NCBI GenBank assembly: GCA_963707215.1
Contig: CAVPPB010000003.1
Coordinates: 321,415-385,414, forward strand
Source of the DNA: an uncultured Chloroflexia bacterium
GTDB lineage: Bacteria; Chloroflexota; Limnocylindria; Limnocylindrales; CSP1-4
Direction of reading: 5' to 3'
DNA: 64,000 nucleotides
Numbering within the stretch: position 1 is the first letter of the stretch; every line of letters begins with the position of its first letter. The notes under the pieces are model-generated. The model searched no databases and was not told where the DNA came from. It was given only the letters and a program-made list of their open reading frames with translations. Shown piece by piece: positions 56,152-64,000 of the stretch. Made by a program: the position numbers and the translations under genes.

Positions 56152-57648
56152 CTACCTTTCGGGCGGCCGCGCCTCCTGGATGGGCGATCCGGCGGTCTGT
56201 CCCCCGGCGATGGCACCGACGTCCCGCAGGAGGTCGACCCGGGCCGCCGGGTAGCCGGCCATGTTGCAGGCCTCGATCCGGCCGCCGGGTCCCCGCACGA
56301 AGGCGAGGGGCTCACCGCCCGGTCGCCCGCCGAGGATCGTGAAGACCAGCGGATCGTCGGTCGGCTCCAGCTGGTGGGACCTCGCCTCGGCCTGGGAGCC
56401 CGCCCGCAGGACCAGATTCCCGTCGCGCCACTCGACGACCAGGTCGCCCTCCAGGGTCGGGTCCCGGTAGGCGCCGAGGAGCTCGCTCCAGTTCGCCGGA
56501 ACGGAGGAGGGCGGCGCGGTCGGCTCCACGCGGTCGGCCGCCTCGCGGAGCCCCGGCAGGACCGCCTCCACGAGCTCCCGGGCAAGTTCCGAAGCCGGAC
56601 CGACGCCGTTGAGCAGGGCGATCGCGCCGACGCGGCCGGAGGGCGAGAAGGAGATGTTGGAGATGAACCCCCAGATCCCTCCAGAGTGCCCGATGAGCAC
56701 CGTCTCGCCGGACCGGGTGCCGTACCAGCAGAGGCCCTGGGCCTCGGTCCAGGCAGCGTCGGCAACGAACGTGGGCCGGTGCATCTCGGCGAGCGTCCGC
56801 CCGGCGAGTACCTGGTCGTCACCCCGCTGCAGGGCAGGGTCGGTGCGCAGCTGCTGGCTGACCCAGCGGCCCTGGTCGGCGACCGTCGACCACAGCCCAC
56901 CGTCGGCCCGGGCGGCCAGCGAGTCGAAGCGACGGGCCTCCGGCGGGCGGTCGTCGAAGGCCCGGGCGTCGTACCCGACCGCGCATCGATCGAGCTGGTC
57001 CGGTCCGGGCTCCCAGACGGTGTCGTCCATCCCGAGCGGATCGAGGATGGCCGTCCGGACGTGCTCGGTGAAGGGCCGCCCGGCGACCCGCTCGACGAGG
57101 ACGCCGAGGAGCTCGAAAGCGAGGTTGCTGTACTTGCTGTCGGTTTCGGGCGGCGTCACCACCCGGGTCCGATGGAGCAGCCCCAGCAGCTCGGCCGGCC
57201 GGTACATCCAGATACGTTCCAGATCCTGCCAGGGCATCTCACCCTGCAGCCCGGAGGTGTGCATGAGGAGGCGCCGGACCGTGACCTCCTCGATCGGGCC
57301 ATGTGGATCCTCGATGCCGCCGAGCTCGGGCAGGTAGCGGACCGCCGGGTCATCGAGCCGCAGCCGACCCTCGTCGCGGAGCTGCAGGACTGCCGTCGCG
57401 GTGAACGTCTTGCTGATCGAGGCGATGCGGAACAGGGTCCGCTCGTCCGGTCGCCGCCCCGAGGCCAGGTCCGCGAAGCCCGATCCGTGCCACCAGCGCA
57501 GCCCCTCGGCCGTGGCGAGGCCCGCGACGACCCCCGGCAGGCGGTGCCGGGCTCGGAAGGCCCCGACCTTCGCCCGCAGGCCGGCGCCCATCCCCTCGAG
57601 GACCTCGTCGAGCAGTGGGCCGACCGGGACGTCGTTCGTCGCGATCAC
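56152..57648 (-). CDS. serine hydrolase / class C beta-lactamase-related (PBP-like) protein with a C-terminal extra domain
   Basis: SxxK motif FRIASISKTFTA. YSN motif (DSKYSNLAFELL). HSGG (KTG-equivalent). Start moved to GTG 57648 behind GGAAGGGGAG so it does not overlap the carB tail. Confidence 0.85.
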   Translation of the reverse strand: MIATNDVPVGPLLDEVLEGMGAGLRAKVGAFRARHRLPGVVAGLATAEGLRWWHGSGFADLASGRRPDERTLFRIASISKTFTATAVLQLRDEGRLRLDDPAVRYLPELGGIEDPHGPIEEVTVRRLLMHTSGLQGEMPWQDLERIWMYRPAELLGLLHRTRVVTPPETDSKYSNLAFELLGVLVERVAGRPFTEHVRTAILDPLGMDDTVWEPGPDQLDRCAVGYDARAFDDRPPEARRFDSLAARADGGLWSTVADQGRWVSQQLRTDPALQRGDDQVLAGRTLAEMHRPTFVADAAWTEAQGLCWYGTRSGETVLIGHSGGIWGFISNISFSPSGRVGAIALLNGVGPASELARELVEAVLPGLREAADRVEPTAPPSSVPANWSELLGAYRDPTLEGDLVVEWRDGNLVLRAGSQAEARSHQLEPTDDPLVFTILGGRPGGEPLAFVRGPGGRIEACNMAGYPAARVDLLRDVGAIAGGQTAGSPIQEARPPER

Positions 57649-57676
57649 GTCGGCGACTCCCCTTCCATCGTCGCGC

Positions 57677-61134
<3,458 letters not shown>

Positions 61135-61149
61135 AGCGCCCCGACCGGG

Positions 61150-62276
61150 TCACCGCGCGCGGCGGCGACCTGCGGGCGCGCGCGGCCTCCACGAACCGAT
61201 CGAAGACGGCCACCGCGTCGAGCGGACCCGGCGCTCCCTCGGGGTGGTACTGGACCGTCTCGATCGGGCGCTCGCGGTGGCGCAGGCCTTCGACCGAACC
61301 GTCGTTGAGGTTGACCTGGCTGACCCTGAAGCCCGATGCGGACGGCAGCGTCTCGCCGACCACCTGGACCTCGTGGTTCTGGGCGGTCACCTGGACGTAG
61401 CCGGTGTCGACGTCGCGGACCGGGTGGTTGGCGCCATGGTGGCCGAAGCGGAGGCGGTCGGTCTCGGCGCCCGCCGCACGACCCACGAGCTGGTGCCCGA
61501 GGCAGATCCCGAGCAGCGGTCGTCCGTCGTCGATGACGGCCCGGGCCAGCGCCACCTGCTCGGCGAGACGGGCGGGATCGCCTGGGCCGGGTGAGAGGAC
61601 GACGCCGCCGATCTCGGGTGCAAGCAGGTCCGCGAGCTGGCGAGGCCGTGTGGGGGAGGATCCGGACGCGCGCACCGCGACGGCGCAGGCTCCGGACGAT
61701 GTTGGCCTTGAGCCCGAGATCGACGATGGCGACGAGCGGGCCGCCGGCCGCCGGGTCGCCGAGCTCGCCGACCGCCGATGGCGAGACCTGGGCGACGAAG
61801 TCCTGGTCCTCCCAGCGCGGGACGGCGCGCGCCGCCTCGATCGCCGCCGCGGAGTCGATCGCGCCGGGCGCCGTGAGGATCGCCCGCAGACAGCCGGCTC
61901 GATCGAAGGTGACGAGCCAGCGCGCGGGTGTCGATGCCGGCGATCGCCGGGATGTCGTGCGAGCGGAGCAACGGGCGAGCTGGCGGGCGTCCTCGAGCAT
62001 CGCCGCGGTCGCGGTCGCGACGACGAGCCCGCGCAGCCACGGACGAAGCGACTGGTCGTCGTCGGGCAGCCGCCCGTAGTTGCCGATCAAGCGGGTAGGT
62101 CATGACGACCACCTGGCCGGCATACGACGGGTCGGTGCAGACCTCCTGGTAGCCGGTCTGGCTGGTGTTCACGACGAGGTCGCCGCCGGCCGCGATCGGC
62201 GCTCCGAAGGCGATGCCAGGGAAGACGGTGCCGTCCTCGAGCGGCGAGGAGTGCCGGCCCGTGGTCGCCGATGCGC
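61150..62276 (-). pseudogene. carA: carbamoyl-phosphate synthase small (glutaminase) subunit, at least 5 frameshifts, no usable start, stop out of frame
   Basis: The blocks [36 protein letters not shown] / IGNYG / [12 protein letters not shown] / [16 protein letters not shown] / VLSPGPGDP / LGICLGHQL / VQYHPEG lie in three frames (ORF pieces 61387..62454, 60969..62090, 59816..61675). Confidence 0.8.
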
Positions 62277-62463
62277 GGGATCGACGAGCGCCGAGGCGCG
62301 GGGCAGCGGTGGCCGGATCGGACGCGGCCAGGGCAGGCCGACAGGGCGCCTCGGGCCCTCGCGGCAGGCGGTGGACGCCACGGCAACACGGTCGACGTGC
62401 CTCCTTCCCGGCCTCACGGGACCGGTTCGCCGGCCTCACGGGACCGGCCGTCAAGGACCGGCG

Positions 62464-64000
62464 TCAGGGTAGCACGGGGGCGCCCCCGACCCGCCCCGCG
62501 GCGGCCCGCGCTTCGAGCGGATCCTCGCGCACATCGTCCTGGACGAGCCCGAGGCGGAGGGCCACCACGGCGGCCTCGGTCCGGTTCTCGACCCCCAGCT
62601 TGCCGAGGATGTTCGAGACGTGGACGCTCGCGGTCTTGCGGCTGATGTCGAGCGCCTCCGCGATGTCCCGATTCGACCAGCCAGCGCCCACGTAGCGGAG
62701 CACCTCGCGCTCGCGGGGTGTCAGGCCGATGGCCGCGTGGGTCGGCTGATCCGCTATCTCCGTGTGGGCCGTGGCCGCCCCGGGTGACGCATCCGCGAGG
62801 TCGATCCTGGCGACCTGGGCCGACCGATGGACGGCGTCGCCCAGCAGGCGGGCTCCGAGCCCATCCGCCGATCGGGCGGCCGCGACCAACGACGTCCGCG
62901 CGCCGGTCCGATCGCCGGCTCGGAGCCCGGCTTCCCCGGCCCGGTACAGGGCATAGGCCTCCGGCAGCGGCCGACCCACGGCCCGCCAGGCCCCGGCGGT
63001 CGCCTGCCACGCGTCGGGATCGGACGCGCCCTCGAGCCGGGACATCTCCGCACGCAGTTGGCCGACGATCGCTGCGGCCCGTGGGTCGATGGCGCGGGCC
63101 ACGGCCTCCTGCTCGGCGAGGTCGCCATCGGGCAGCCAATCGCGCATCCAGTCGAGGATGGTCCTGCTCCGCTCACCGGCCAGGCCCAGCCCGGCGACGT
63201 CCCCGATCGCCCTGGCCGTCTCGGCCACGTCCGCCTCGACCCTCAGGCCGAGGGCGCCGATCCAGGCGAGCGCGGGGTCCGGGACCATCCCGACCGTGGG
63301 GATCGCGAGCGCCCTGTCGGCGATCGCTCTCGCTTCGTCCGTCGTCCCGGCCCAGACGGCCAGCTCCATCCCCGCCTCCAGGAGTCGGGTCCTCGGGTCA
63401 GGCCCACCCATCGCGCCACCCCGCGCCGATGCGATGGCGCCCTCGGCAGAGGACAGTTCCGTGCCCGCCTCCTCGATCCGACCTGCCGCGGCCAGCGACC
63501 GCGACAGCTGGGCCCGCAGCAGCGCCTCGGCGCGCGGCATCGTGCCGGCCGCCAGGGTCTCGCGGATCGTCCGCTCGGACTCGTCCCAGCGGCCGAGGTG
63601 GAACAGCATCCTCGCCTCGTGCGCTCGCAGGTGGCCGCCGAAGACGCGGCGCAGACCCAGCCGGTCCACCTCCGCATAACCCTCCCGGGCGACCCGCAGT
63701 GCGTCGGCCGAGCGCCCGGCGCGGTCGAGGACCGACACGAGATTCGTGTAGCCGAGCGCGAGCCCCTCGACGGAGCCGACGAGCTCGGCGATCCTGATGG
63801 CTTGCCGGAACCGCTCCAGGCCGTCGTCGACCCGGCCGAATGAGGCGATGGCCCAGCCCTCGATGCCCAGCCCGAGCGCCTCTTCCGGCAGCGCGTTGGC
63901 GGCCCGCGCGATCCGGATAGCGGCACGAGCGCCGACGAGTGCCTCGCGGGCACGCCCGGCCATCATGTCGAGGCCTGCCGCGTGGGCGAGCGCGCGAGCG
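62464..64000 (-). CDS. large LuxR-family (MalT/STAND-type) transcriptional regulator, C-terminal part (N-terminus beyond window end)
   Basis: C-terminal LTPREREVLRYVGAGWSNRDIAEALDISRKTASVHVSNILGKLGV LuxR HTH, preceded by TPR-like repeats. The frame stays open to position 64000. Confidence 0.85.
   Translation of the reverse strand, partial: ARALAHAAGLDMMAGRAREALVGARAAIRIARAANALPEEALGLGIEGWAIASFGRVDDGLERFRQAIRIAELVGSVEGLALGYTNLVSVLDRAGRSADALRVAREGYAEVDRLGLRRVFGGHLRAHEARMLFHLGRWDESERTIRETLAAGTMPRAEALLRAQLSRSLAAAGRIEEAGTELSSAEGAIASARGGAMGGPDPRTRLLEAGMELAVWAGTTDEARAIADRALAIPTVGMVPDPALAWIGALGLRVEADVAETARAIGDVAGLGLAGERSRTILDWMRDWLPDGDLAEQEAVARAIDPRAAAIVGQLRAEMSRLEGASDPDAWQATAGAWRAVGRPLPEAYALYRAGEAGLRAGDRTGARTSLVAAARSADGLGARLLGDAVHRSAQVARIDLADASPGAATAHTEIADQPTHAAIGLTPREREVLRYVGAGWSNRDIAEALDISRKTASVHVSNILGKLGVENRTEAAVVALRLGLVQDDVREDPLEARAAAGRVGGAPVLP

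Overview
Very GC-rich, gene-dense chromosomal segment in which third codon positions are almost all G/C and GGAGG-type RBSs are strong. The gene content looks Actinomycetota-like: SigK/RskA pair, MshD-like double GNATs, a DUF385 deazaflavin-type reductase, and large cyclase/LuxR STAND regulators. I support about 65 protein-coding genes. I saw no rRNA, tRNA, CRISPR array, transposase or integrase. Most long ORFs in the six-frame track are GC-driven shadow ORFs, and many real genes start downstream of the listed ORF start; the track also counts GTG/TTG as starts. Main blocks: (1) cinA, mrp, and a potA-potD-potB-potC-like polyamine ABC importer followed by a class-III aminotransferase and a GNAT (1.3-10.4 kb). 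(2) hisN-like phosphatase plus a class II aldolase, then a run of small accessory genes: DUF2269, a degenerate FlaI-like ATPase, DM13, DinB, a lipoprotein, SnoaL, GYD, SRPBCC, GNAT and DUF192 (11-20.4 kb). (3) An ABC-2 exporter whose ATPase carries a 10-bp tandem duplication in the P-loop, then MshD-like GNAT (frameshifted), rsgA and a second MshD-like GNAT (20.4-26 kb). (4) A 17-kb co-directional minus-strand array with a complete form II coxSLM operon and its maturation genes (coxD, coxE, xdhC-like, a mocA-methyltransferase fusion, coxG). A 1203-aa zinc-ribbon/adenylate-cyclase/STAND/TPR protein, an aminotransferase, a DUF385 reductase and a MetE-like protein lie upstream of it (27.3-44.4 kb). 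(5) sigK-rskA, a TPR-rhomboid, an SRAP peptidase, and a second ECF sigma flanked by two acidic hexapeptide-repeat proteins (44.7-51 kb). (6) An M16 peptidase pair divergent from a long ArsR-type regulator, with two copies of an AT-rich 22-bp palindrome (51-55.6 kb). (7) A serine hydrolase, a carA-carB pair broken by about 20 frameshifts, and a partial LuxR-STAND regulator (56-64 kb). All functional calls come from motif and family recognition by eye. No database search, alignment or statistics were run.
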